Shown: positions 1 through 7,667 of the stretch, piece after piece | How positions within the stretch are numbered: the first letter of the stretch is position 1 | How the letters are laid out: every line of letters begins with the position of its first letter | Virus record (IMG/VR): IMGVR_UViG_3300046817_000104 | Location: 1 to 27,074 of that record | Direction: 5' to 3' (one strand) | DNA: 27,074 nucleotides | Source: a virus | Lineage: Duplodnaviria; Caudoviricetes | Program-made: the position numbers and the translations under genes | The notes under the pieces: model-generated | Databases searched by the model: none | What the model was told of the DNA's origin: nothing | What the model saw: only the letters and a program-made list of their open reading frames with translations

Positions 1-2
1 TG

Positions 3-77
3 CTGGCGCAGCACAACGATGGCGGCTATGCCCACCACTGCGGCGACCCGATGGCGCACCCATGCGGTAAGCTGTAG
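3..77 (+). CDS. 3' end of a gene truncated by the window edge (…LAQHNDGGYAHHCGDPMAHPCGKL*)
   Basis: Open frame from nt 3 to TAG at 75-77 with high GC3. The stop runs directly into a TIGR-like half repeat (TAGCC), as seen for tas and terL. Confidence 0.5.
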   Translation: MAQHNDGGYAHHCGDPMAHPCGKL

Positions 78-124
78 CCGGGCTTTCAGAGCGTGCCGAT
101 TGAGCGTGCCGATGGATGAGAGCG
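76..124 (+). repeat. Solo/degenerate TIGR-like unit with an internal loop-repeat duplication
   Basis: AGCC-gggctttca-GAGCGTGCC-gatt-GAGCGTGCC-gatggatga-GAGCG. It has the same half-edge, 9-nt spacer and loop architecture as the arrays, plus a 13-nt duplication. Loop variant GAGCGTGCC also occurs at 1883-1891. Confidence 0.65.
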
Positions 125-309
125 TGACGCCGCAGCACATGCAGTGGCGTCTGTATCTACAGTGGCCCAGCGGCAGGCGCGAGAGCGTGGTGTGCGCTGG
201 GCCACGCCCTGTGATGCCGCCCGGCCACGCTGTCCTGCTTGCCTCGATGCCTGTGCCTGCCCTGGCTGTCCAACCTCTGGATTATTGGCAAACTAGGAGA
301 CCTGACTAG
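112..309 (+). CDS. Hypothetical small protein (start uncertain: 112 or 139)
   Basis: Part of ORF 19..309, filling the gap between the solo unit and the array-1 promoter. No recognisable motif. Confidence 0.3.
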   Translation: MDESVTPQHMQWRLYLQWPSGRRESVVCAGPRPVMPPGHAVLLASMPVPALAVQPLDYWQTRRPD

Positions 310-323
310 GAAAAGAAGCTTTC

Positions 324-361
324 TTGCGCTTCCCCTGCTCGCCGTGGTAGTCCCCTAGATG
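324..361 (+). promoter_or_regulatory. Putative sigma70-type promoter of the TIGR array 1/tas transcript, overlapping a self-target of guide 1
   Basis: TTGCGC (324-329) and TGG-TAGTCC (345-353), preceded by an A-rich tract (311-317), in the only intergenic gap before the array. Nt 344-361 match guide 1 at 15/18. Confidence 0.5.
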
Positions 362-367
362 TCTTCC

Positions 368-658
368 AGCCGTGGAAGCCGAGTGTGCCGATCTAGGGGA
401 GCGAGCCGCACGAGAAGAGAGTGCCGACTATGCCGAGCGAGCCAGGGTGGCTGAGTGTGCCAACCGAGATGAGCGAGCCAGCGCGCGTGAGAGTGTCATG
501 AAGCGAGAGCGAGCCGCGAAATACGAGAGTGCCGTCAGAAGGAAGCGAGCCACGAGTGCTGAGATTACCGGAGCACGCGAGCGAGCCGTACCCCGTGAGA
601 GTACCAACACAAGCGAGCGAGCCGCAGCCTGCGAGAGTGCCGACCACCAGAGAGCGAG
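368..658 (+). repeat. TIGR dual-repeat guide-RNA array 1 (8 units, 36-nt period)
   Basis: Loop repeats GAG(A/T)GT(G/A)CC-like at 381, 417, 453, 489, 525, 561, 597, 633. Edge repeats GAGCGAGCC at 399, 435, 471, 507, 543 (AAGCGAGCC), 579, 615. Spacer pairs A/B: gtggaagcc/gatctaggg, gcacgagaa/gactatgcc, agggtggct/aaccgagat, agcgcgcgt/atgaagcga, gcgaaatac/gtcagaagg, acgagtgct/ggagcacgc, gtaccccgt/aacacaagc, gcagcctgc/gaccaccag. Confidence 0.93.
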
Positions 659-665
659 GACCACA

Positions 666-1835
666 GTGAAACCACCCACCCAGAAGACCGGTAGAGGCGC
701 CCGGAACAAGGCGCCTCCACCACCCCCACCCGACGTCGAGCCAGAGCAGCCGCTGGGCCCCGAGGACTTCCTGGAGATGCAGCCGCTCGATCTGGTGACC
801 GACGCGCTCGATCTGCTGCGCCACGGTGCCAACGGTGGTGGCCAGGAGCTGACCAAGGGCCTGTTCCAGCGGCTCGATGCGCTGCACCAGCTGATGACCG
901 GCACGATGGATCCCGGCCTGCTGACGCCGATCCAGAAGCTGACGGCGGATCTGAAGAAGGCCAGCCGCACCCTCGGCCGCGCCGAAGCACGCTTCCTCAC
1001 CGATGCCTACTACACGATGCAGGAGAATCGCATCCGCACGCGGCATCAGGTCACCACCCTGGCGCAGCCGAAGGATACCGAGAAGGCGCCTGAATCTGCC
1101 GATGGCGAGGCGCCGAAGGAGAGAGTGCCCGAGCCGTATGACGTGCTCGAATGGCTATTCACCCAGGAGGATGCGCTGGAGGTGCAGATCCGGGGCACGC
1201 TGAACATCTACAGCCTGAGCAACCGGCCAGGGATCTGGGCCCGCAGCATCAAGGGCATCGGCCCGGTGATCGCGGCAGGATTGCTGGCCCATATCGACAT
1301 CCGGCGGGCGCCGACGGTCGGGCACATCTGGCGCTTCGCGGGGCTCGACCCGACCAGCGTCTGGGGTAAGGGCGAGAAGCGGCCGTGGAACGCCGCGCTG
1401 AAGCGGCTGTGCTATCTGATCGGCGAGAGCTTCGTGAAGGTGTGCAACCGCCCCGACAGCCTGTATGGCCAGCTCTACAAGGCGCGCAAGGAATGGGAGA
1501 CCGAGCGTAACTCGCGCCAACTGTATGCCGATCAGGCCAAGCTGGCGCTGGAGACCAAGAGCTACAGCAAGGAGACCGACGCGTTCAAGTGGTACAGCCA
1601 GGGCATGCTACCACCGGCTCGTATACACGCGCGTAGCCACAGACGCGCCACCAAGGTGTTCCTCTCGCATCTGCACGAGGTGATGTATTGGCACGAGTAT
1701 GGCAAGCTGCCGCCGCATCCGTATGTGCTGGATCATGTGCCGGGGCATGTGCATAGCCTGGAGATCCCGAACGTCGACATGATCTTCCCGGAGCTTTACG
1801 AGGCGCGTCAGCGGGCGCAGCGTAACAAGCGTTAG
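666..1835 (+). CDS. tasA: TIGR-associated Nop-domain RNA-guided DNA-binding protein (TasA-like; IS110/IS116-related C-terminal domain, no evident nuclease), about 389 aa
   Basis: Motifs SIKGIGPVIAAGLLAHID…GHIWRFAGLDP, WNAALKRLCYLIGESFVK, YGQLYKARKE and HARSHRRATKVFLSHL are typical of the IS110 Transposase_20/Nop fold. No DEDD RuvC N-terminus, no HNH and no IS110 catalytic SG motif after AGLDP. GTG at 666 follows RBS GAGGA (656-660). Flanked by TIGR arrays on both sides. Confidence 0.82.
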   Translation: MKPPTQKTGRGARNKAPPPPPPDVEPEQPLGPEDFLEMQPLDLVTDALDLLRHGANGGGQELTKGLFQRLDALHQLMTGTMDPGLLTPIQKLTADLKKASRTLGRAEARFLTDAYYTMQENRIRTRHQVTTLAQPKDTEKAPESADGEAPKERVPEPYDVLEWLFTQEDALEVQIRGTLNIYSLSNRPGIWARSIKGIGPVIAAGLLAHIDIRRAPTVGHIWRFAGLDPTSVWGKGEKRPWNAALKRLCYLIGESFVKVCNRPDSLYGQLYKARKEWETERNSRQLYADQAKLALETKSYSKETDAFKWYSQGMLPPARIHARSHRRATKVFLSHLHEVMYWHEYGKLPPHPYVLDHVPGHVHSLEIPNVDMIFPELYEARQRAQRNKR

Positions 1836-2049
1836 CCGACATGCCTGAGAGTGCCGACTATGTGGAGCGAGCCTTGTCATCGGAGCGTGCCGAGCATCGC
1901 GAGCGAGCCGCTTCCGGCGAGTGTGCCGTATACAGTGAGCGAGCCGAGCGAGCCGAGAGTATCGACCCAGACGAGCGAGCCGATTGGTCAGAGAGTGCCG
2001 AGAAGAACGAGCTAACCACGGCAATTGAGAGTGCCGAGAAGTGTGAGTG
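1834..2049 (+). repeat. TIGR array 2 (6 units) directly after the tas stop codon
   Basis: Loops at 1847, 1883, 1919, 1955, 1991, 2027; edges at 1865, 1901, 1937, 1973, 2009 (GAGCTAACC). Spacer pairs: gacatgcct/gactatgtg, ttgtcatcg/gagcatcgc, gcttccggc/gtatacagt, gagcgagcc/gacccagac, gattggtca/gagaagaac, acggcaatt/gagaagtgt. Confidence 0.92.
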
Positions 2050-2064
2050 TGATATAACCAGAGC

Positions 2065-3942
2065 ATGTCCGGTGCGTTAGGCACGATTGGTTATCCGACC
2101 CTGCCGACGCCCGGACCGTCGGCGCTATCGTCGTTTGGAGGATCCAGTGGCCCACCCACCCAAGGGCAGCAGTCAATTGGCCCAGCAGTCCCACAGCTAC
2201 CAGCGGTCCACCCCGCAGATCCATCGCGAAGCGGACAAGCTGCTGGAGGAGCTGGTGGACAAGCTGGTGCAGCAGGGGCTTACACGGGAAGAAGCGCGGG
2301 AGCATCTGAGGCACTGGGTCTAGGCCCACCGGTCAAGACCATCTGGAGCGCCAACCGCAGCTACCACAACGCCGACAATCCCGACTACCATGAGCTTCAC
2401 CCCGAGGGCGCGCACGCGTTCCACGCCGCGATCGCCGAGGCCAAGCACGGTCACCCGGCCGGTGCTGCCGTCACCCAGTATCCGGCCGAGGACTACCGCA
2501 AGATGCGGCTGTTCCAGACCAAGGAAGGCGACGCCGGGTTCGCCCTGAAGGGCGACGACATCGTCTCGGTGTTCAAACATCCGAAGGCGCCATACCGTAA
2601 CGTCACCCGATCGATGCTGGATCTCGCCAAGCAGGAGGGCGGCAGGCGGCTCGATGCGTTTGATACCGTGCTGCCGCACATCTACGCGCAGAACGGGTTC
2701 CGCACCGTGGCGCGGCTGCCGTGGAACGAGGACTACAAGCCCGAGGGCTGGAACCACGACGCGTTCAAGCAGTTCAAGGGCGGCAGGCCTGACGTGGTGT
2801 TCATGGCGCATGACCCGCAGGCAGGCGCCTACAACCCTGGTGACGGCCGCACGGTCAGCGACTATGACGAGGGCACGGCAGCGCAGCACGCCGCCCTGGC
2901 GCACGTCGCAGCGCGCGGCAACGTGCCAGCAGCGCCCGGCCCGGAGAGCTACGGCAGCGGCCAGCTGATCAGGATGTCGGATCCTCAGACGGTGTGGCAC
3001 GGCACGCAGCACGAATTCAAACCGACGCGCGTCAATCAGTTGGGCGAGTTCGATCTCAGCAAGATGAGCAGCGGCGAAGGCGGCCAGATGTATGGCCACG
3101 GCGCCTATACCGGTGGCGCCAGGGGGACGGGTGAGGCATACCGGAAGAACCTAGCCGAGGGCGCGAAATATAAGGGCCAGTCAGATCCCATGGGCCTCAG
3201 TGGCCACGATTACAATGCGGCCAGAGAGGTGCTTGATACGATCCACGAGCACGGCATGGCGCCCCAGCAGGCGATCGAGCATGTACGACAGACGCATGAG
3301 CAAGAGGCGGCGAATGCGTTCAGCAAGCCCCAGAGCCACGTCTGGCAGTCATGGCAGGAAGCGGGACATCGCTCTGCTGGCATAGCGGACGCGGTACAGA
3401 GACTGAAGCTAGAGGATTTCACGCATAACCCTGGCCACCTCTACGAAGCCGAGCTGCACATCGACCAGGATCATATGCTGCACTGGGACCATCCCATCGG
3501 GCAGCAGCACCCGTATGTGCAGAGCAGGGCTATCCCTCTCGCTCCATCCGCCTCGATCGGCAGCAAGATGACCGGTCAGATGCTGCACGACTATCTGACC
3601 GGAGGCGACAAGACGCGCAGGCCGATAGCTGCAGAGAAACTGCTGAACGCTGGTATTCCTGGCATCAAGTATGTGGATCAAGACAGCCGGTTAACAGATG
3701 TTGGTCCCTACACTACGGGTGACGGCAAAAGAGCATGGGCTGTGTTCCATAGGAACAATAATTTTCCTCTCGCCACATTCAACACGAAAGAAGAGGCGCA
3801 AGCCCATCTCGAAGCCCACCATCGTACGCACAACTACGTTGTGTTCGATCCAAGAACGATCAACATCGTGAAGCGTAACGGCCTGCCAGCGATGGTGGAT
3901 GCGGGTGCCGATGCGTTGCGCGATCATAAGGCGACAGGCTGA
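2065..3942 (+). CDS. Polyvalent phage protein: GNAT-like domain plus ADP-ribosyltransferase-like (ART-PolyVal-type) domain
   Basis: Long ORF. The segment DIVSVF…LDLAKQEGGRRLDAFDTVLPHIYAQNGF resembles GNAT motifs A/B. VWHGTQHEF…FDLSKMSSGEGGQMYGHGAY…GHLYEAEL…AGIPGIKY…NYVVFDP matches the ART-like domain of phage polyvalent proteins. Confidence 0.6.
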   Translation: MSGALGTIGYPTLPTPGPSALSSFGGSSGPPTQGQQSIGPAVPQLPAVHPADPSRSGQAAGGAGGQAGAAGAYTGRSAGASEALGLGPPVKTIWSANRSYHNADNPDYHELHPEGAHAFHAAIAEAKHGHPAGAAVTQYPAEDYRKMRLFQTKEGDAGFALKGDDIVSVFKHPKAPYRNVTRSMLDLAKQEGGRRLDAFDTVLPHIYAQNGFRTVARLPWNEDYKPEGWNHDAFKQFKGGRPDVVFMAHDPQAGAYNPGDGRTVSDYDEGTAAQHAALAHVAARGNVPAAPGPESYGSGQLIRMSDPQTVWHGTQHEFKPTRVNQLGEFDLSKMSSGEGGQMYGHGAYTGGARGTGEAYRKNLAEGAKYKGQSDPMGLSGHDYNAAREVLDTIHEHGMAPQQAIEHVRQTHEQEAANAFSKPQSHVWQSWQEAGHRSAGIADAVQRLKLEDFTHNPGHLYEAELHIDQDHMLHWDHPIGQQHPYVQSRAIPLAPSASIGSKMTGQMLHDYLTGGDKTRRPIAAEKLLNAGIPGIKYVDQDSRLTDVGPYTTGDGKRAWAVFHRNNNFPLATFNTKEEAQAHLEAHHRTHNYVVFDPRTINIVKRNGLPAMVDAGADALRDHKATG

Positions 3943-5972
3943 TGGCACTTGGCACGATCCCCTATCCGCAGCTCAACCGGCCAGAGGACGACACCAATCC
4001 GTTGCAGAAGTATAAGGACCAGCTCAACCCGCTGGGCCAGCTGACGCACCAGATGTTCGCGCCCCCGGCGCCGCCGCCGATCCCGCCGATCGACCCGAGG
4101 ATCGCGCAGCACATGACGCAGATGGGTGCGCAGGGGATGACGCCGACGCAGCTGGCGCCGCCCCCGTCGCCGCTGGCCGCGCCGCCACCGGCTCCACCGC
4201 CGCCCGCACCGCCGATGGCGGCGCCATCACCACCACCCGCGCTCTCGATGATGCCTGGACCGCAGGGGGCGGCCATGCTGCGCGCTGCAGCGCCTGGGAT
4301 GGCGCCCGGCGCGCCAGGGGATGGTGGTCCGCATGATCTGACGCAGTTTGCCCAGGATCCCACCAGCGGCGGCCTCGTTCGCCAGCGTGGCGCCGTGGCG
4401 CAGCGGCTCGCGGCACAGACCATGGGCAGCGTCCCGACGTTCGCTGGTGGCGGTGGTGGCAGCGCCGCCCTGGCGCAGGCCGGTGGCCGTCCGCTGGCAC
4501 CCGAGGACGCGCAGGGCGTGATCGCGCCGCCGTCGGCCGCAGGCGCTGACCCGGCGGTCGACAGCCAGTCGCACAACCGCATCTCGACCCGCATCCCGTC
4601 CGAGCCTGCGCAGAAGAAGGCTGGTATCGACGCGCATGCGACGTCTGGTCTGTCGATCGATATGAACAGCATGAACGCGGCGACCGACCAGAAGGCCAAG
4701 AACGCCGCGATCATCAAGCAGCATTATCCGGGGTTCGCTCATTTGCGCACTGACAATCCCGACCAGATCAATGAGGCCTTCATCAGGCACGCCAAGGACA
4801 ATCTGGTCTGGCTCTATCGCAAGATGAACGACAAGAACGGACCGATCGGTCCTGGCATCGTCGAGCGCGCCAAGCGCTGGTACAGCGGTGCCAACAAGAT
4901 CGCGCATGATCTGGCCAAGGAATTCGGTGTCCAGCCATATCAGGCGGCGGCGGTGCTGGCATCGCTGAGCCCGCAGAAGGATTGGTATCAGAACGTCGAT
5001 CTGGCCCGCCGCGCGTTCACTGCCCACAAGCTGGGCAACAACTGGACGATGACGGAGGAGATGAAGAACTACTCCGACAAGTACATCGCCTCGTTGGAGA
5101 AAGCCGCTGCCAATCCCAAGACCCGCAAGGGGGAGAACCCGGAGGAGAATATCGGCGAGCTGCGGGAGCTGCAGCAGAAGTTCCACGGTACGCCGATGTC
5201 GGAGCTGACCGACCCCTATGAGCGTGCGGTGTTCGCGCGTTGGCACGACGAAGCGCACACCCCGCGCTCCTACAAGATGGTGACGCCCGAAGGCGAGATG
5301 GGCGACACCGCAATGATCCCGGCGAAGTACACCAAGAAGGGTAAGCTGAAGGAGGCATCGAGGCCGCGCGACGTCACCTGGGGCAGCTTCAGCGAGATCC
5401 AGAAGGCCATGGCGGCGCTGCAGAACGCCGATCTGCCCGAGGTCTCGCGGCTGATGGGCAAGGCCCACAAGGTGCGCAATTTCTTCAACAACATCATCGC
5501 GCCGCATCACGGTCACGACGTCACGATCGACACCCACGCGATCGCCGCCGCGTTGCTGCGACCGCTCGGTGCCAGCGCCATGGAGGTCGCCCACGGGCTG
5601 GGCACCAACCCGAAGCAGTCCAAGGAGGAGGGCGCGGTGAAGCTGCCGCAGGCTGGCAACAGCATGACGCTGGGCAACAAGGGCATGTATGGCCTGTATG
5701 CCGAGGCCTACCGGCAGGCCGCCAAGGATCTGGGGATCCTGCCGCGCGAGCTGCAGTCAGTGACCTGGGAAGGCATCCGGGGCATCTTCAGTCCTGAGCA
5801 GAAGCGCAACCCTGGCTTCGTGCGTGAGATCGCCGATATGTGGCGCAACAAGGGCGCGCATCGTGGAAAAACGCCAGATGAGAGACGAGAGGCTATCCTT
5901 ACTCATGCGGGCGGGTTAAAACTGCCCAGTTGGGCAGGAGGAGTGGATCATGGCGACGACGCCGAAGACTAA
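3942..5972 (+). CDS. Large phage protein: Pro-rich N-terminus plus helix-hairpin-helix DNA-glycosylase-like domain
   Basis: TGATG coupling to the previous gene. Motifs WYSGA…AAAVLASLSPQKDWYQN…KVRNFFNNI…VTIDTHA…YAEAYRQAA…PRELQSVTW recur in phage HhH-glycosylase-like proteins; the function is inferred. Confidence 0.55.
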   Translation: MALGTIPYPQLNRPEDDTNPLQKYKDQLNPLGQLTHQMFAPPAPPPIPPIDPRIAQHMTQMGAQGMTPTQLAPPPSPLAAPPPAPPPPAPPMAAPSPPPALSMMPGPQGAAMLRAAAPGMAPGAPGDGGPHDLTQFAQDPTSGGLVRQRGAVAQRLAAQTMGSVPTFAGGGGGSAALAQAGGRPLAPEDAQGVIAPPSAAGADPAVDSQSHNRISTRIPSEPAQKKAGIDAHATSGLSIDMNSMNAATDQKAKNAAIIKQHYPGFAHLRTDNPDQINEAFIRHAKDNLVWLYRKMNDKNGPIGPGIVERAKRWYSGANKIAHDLAKEFGVQPYQAAAVLASLSPQKDWYQNVDLARRAFTAHKLGNNWTMTEEMKNYSDKYIASLEKAAANPKTRKGENPEENIGELRELQQKFHGTPMSELTDPYERAVFARWHDEAHTPRSYKMVTPEGEMGDTAMIPAKYTKKGKLKEASRPRDVTWGSFSEIQKAMAALQNADLPEVSRLMGKAHKVRNFFNNIIAPHHGHDVTIDTHAIAAALLRPLGASAMEVAHGLGTNPKQSKEEGAVKLPQAGNSMTLGNKGMYGLYAEAYRQAAKDLGILPRELQSVTWEGIRGIFSPEQKRNPGFVREIADMWRNKGAHRGKTPDERREAILTHAGGLKLPSWAGGVDHGDDAED

Positions 5973-6156
5973 GATTGACTGGGAACCGTATCGCGGCACC
6001 AACGGGACGTTGGACTACATGCTGAAGAAGGGCATCGAGCCGACGCGGGAGAATTATATCTTCATGGACTATGGCGGGAAGCCGCCTGAGCCGTGGACGG
6101 CGGAGCATGAGAGCATGCTCCCCGAGCCGCTCCAGGAGGGCTACAAGGATGACTGA
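5950..6156 (+). CDS. Small acidic hypothetical phage protein (68 aa)
   Basis: RBS-like GGAG upstream. Overlaps the end of the previous gene and is TGATG-coupled to terL. Confidence 0.75.
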   Translation: MATTPKTKIDWEPYRGTNGTLDYMLKKGIEPTRENYIFMDYGGKPPEPWTAEHESMLPEPLQEGYKDD

Positions 6157-7667
6157 TGCCGCGCCCGAGTCTCGACTTTAACACAGCAGATATCCCCACG
6201 ATCCACGCGTTCCTGCACGATGACGCGTTCATCCGGGGGCTGATGGGTCCGTTCGGTAGCGCAAAGAGTTCCGGATGTCTGTGGGATATCGTTAACCGCA
6301 GCCTCAAGCAGACACCAGGACCGGACGGCATCCGGCGCAGCCGTTGGGCGATCATCCGCAATACGTATAGACAACTGAACGACACCACGATCAGGACCGT
6401 CCACCAATGGTTCCCGTATCCCATGATGGGGATCTGGCGCAGCACCGAGCACGAGTATCTGCTGAACCGGCTGATCGCGCACGGCGACAAGAAATGCGCG
6501 GAAATCGAGCTGCTGTTCCGCGCCCTCGACCGGCCCGACCATGTGCGCAATCTACTGTCGCTCGACCTGACCGGCGCCTGGGTGAACGAAGCCAGGGAGG
6601 TGCCTTGGACGATCATTGATGCGCTGCAAGGCCGTGTCGATCGCTACCCCGCCAAGCGCGACGGCGGCGCGACGTGGGCGGGCATCATCATGGACACCAA
6701 CCCGCCCGACACCGATTCGTCGTGGTACAAGTTCTTCGAGCAGATGGACCACACCGAGGCGGTCGAGCAGCTGGCGCAGTTCATCCCCGGCATGACGGTC
6801 GATCGCTATGCCCGCATCTTCAAGCAACCCTCGGGGCTGAGCCCCAACGCCGAGAACAAGAGCAACCAGAGCCCCGGCTACTGGCAGCGCCTCGCGATCG
6901 GCAAGACCGATGAATGGATCCGGGTTTATTGCAAGGGCGAATATGGTTTCGTCACCGAGGGCAAGCCGGTGTTCCCCGAATACCACGACAACATCCATTG
7001 CCCAGGCAGCGCCGACGAGAAGCGGGCGCCGAAGACCGATCCCAGACTGCCGGTGCATCGCGGCTGGGACTTCGGGCTGACGCCTGCGGTGGTGTTCAGC
7101 CAGCTCGCAGCAAGTGGCCAGTGGAAGGTGGTTGACGAGCTGTGCGCCGATAGCATGGGCATCGACCGGTTCAGCGACCGGGTGCTGTCACACTCGACGC
7201 AATACTTCCCCGACAGCGAGTTCGTTGACGTGGGCGACCCGGCTGGCGACAGCCGCGCCGAGACCGATGAGCGCACCTGCTTCGGTATCCTGCACAACAA
7301 AGGCATCAACATCGAGCCGGGGATGCAGTCGCCGCAGATCCGCCAGGAGGCGGTGCGCAAACCGCTGCGCCAGTTCGATGACGACGGCCGCCCGGCGTTC
7401 AACCTGCACCCCCGCTGCGCGCGGTTGCGACGGGCGCTGATGGGTGGCTACCACTACCGCCGCATTCAGATGGCGGGCAACGAGCGATGGGCCGAGAAGC
7501 CCGAGAAGAATTCGTATTCGCACCCGGCTGATGCGCTGCAATACACCGCGACGCGGCTGTTCGGCCCCAGCCTGCAGTGGAAGGGCGATCAGGTCGACAA
7601 CGAGATGATTGAGCTGAACTCTCGCTTGGTGCAGGATCGCACGCGTAGTCGAACGACGGGCTACTAG
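6156..7667 (+). CDS. terL: Terminase large subunit
   Basis: Walker A-like GPFGSAKSS, Walker B LTGAWVNEARE, coupling motif DTNPP, and nuclease motifs GWDFG, GDPAG and SHPADALQY. Confidence 0.95.
   Translation: MPRPSLDFNTADIPTIHAFLHDDAFIRGLMGPFGSAKSSGCLWDIVNRSLKQTPGPDGIRRSRWAIIRNTYRQLNDTTIRTVHQWFPYPMMGIWRSTEHEYLLNRLIAHGDKKCAEIELLFRALDRPDHVRNLLSLDLTGAWVNEAREVPWTIIDALQGRVDRYPAKRDGGATWAGIIMDTNPPDTDSSWYKFFEQMDHTEAVEQLAQFIPGMTVDRYARIFKQPSGLSPNAENKSNQSPGYWQRLAIGKTDEWIRVYCKGEYGFVTEGKPVFPEYHDNIHCPGSADEKRAPKTDPRLPVHRGWDFGLTPAVVFSQLAASGQWKVVDELCADSMGIDRFSDRVLSHSTQYFPDSEFVDVGDPAGDSRAETDERTCFGILHNKGINIEPGMQSPQIRQEAVRKPLRQFDDDGRPAFNLHPRCARLRRALMGGYHYRRIQMAGNERWAEKPEKNSYSHPADALQYTATRLFGPSLQWKGDQVDNEMIELNSRLVQDRTRSRTTGY

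Noticed and set aside
372-665. N-terminal 98 aa of the 487-aa ORF (ESA…ERA repeats)
   Set aside because: This is the translation of the 36-nt-period array, which stays in frame. The better start is GTG 666 with RBS GAGGA.
1066-1138. Loop-repeat-like words (AAGGATACC, GAGAGTGCC) inside the tas coding sequence
   Set aside because: They are not flanked by edge repeats at the 18-nt register, so they cannot be supported as a unit.
368-2049. CRISPR array or canonical IS110 insertion sequence
   Set aside because: Repeats and spacers are 9 nt with two alternating repeats, and there are no cas genes. The protein lacks the DEDD domain and catalytic serine motif of IS110 recombinases.
1841-2080. 79-aa ORF with ESA/ERA repeats
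   Set aside because: It is a translation of TIGR array 2 and unlikely to be a real protein.
2065-6156. Terminase small subunit expected upstream of terL
   Set aside because: No ORF here shows recognisable TerS features; it may lie outside the window.
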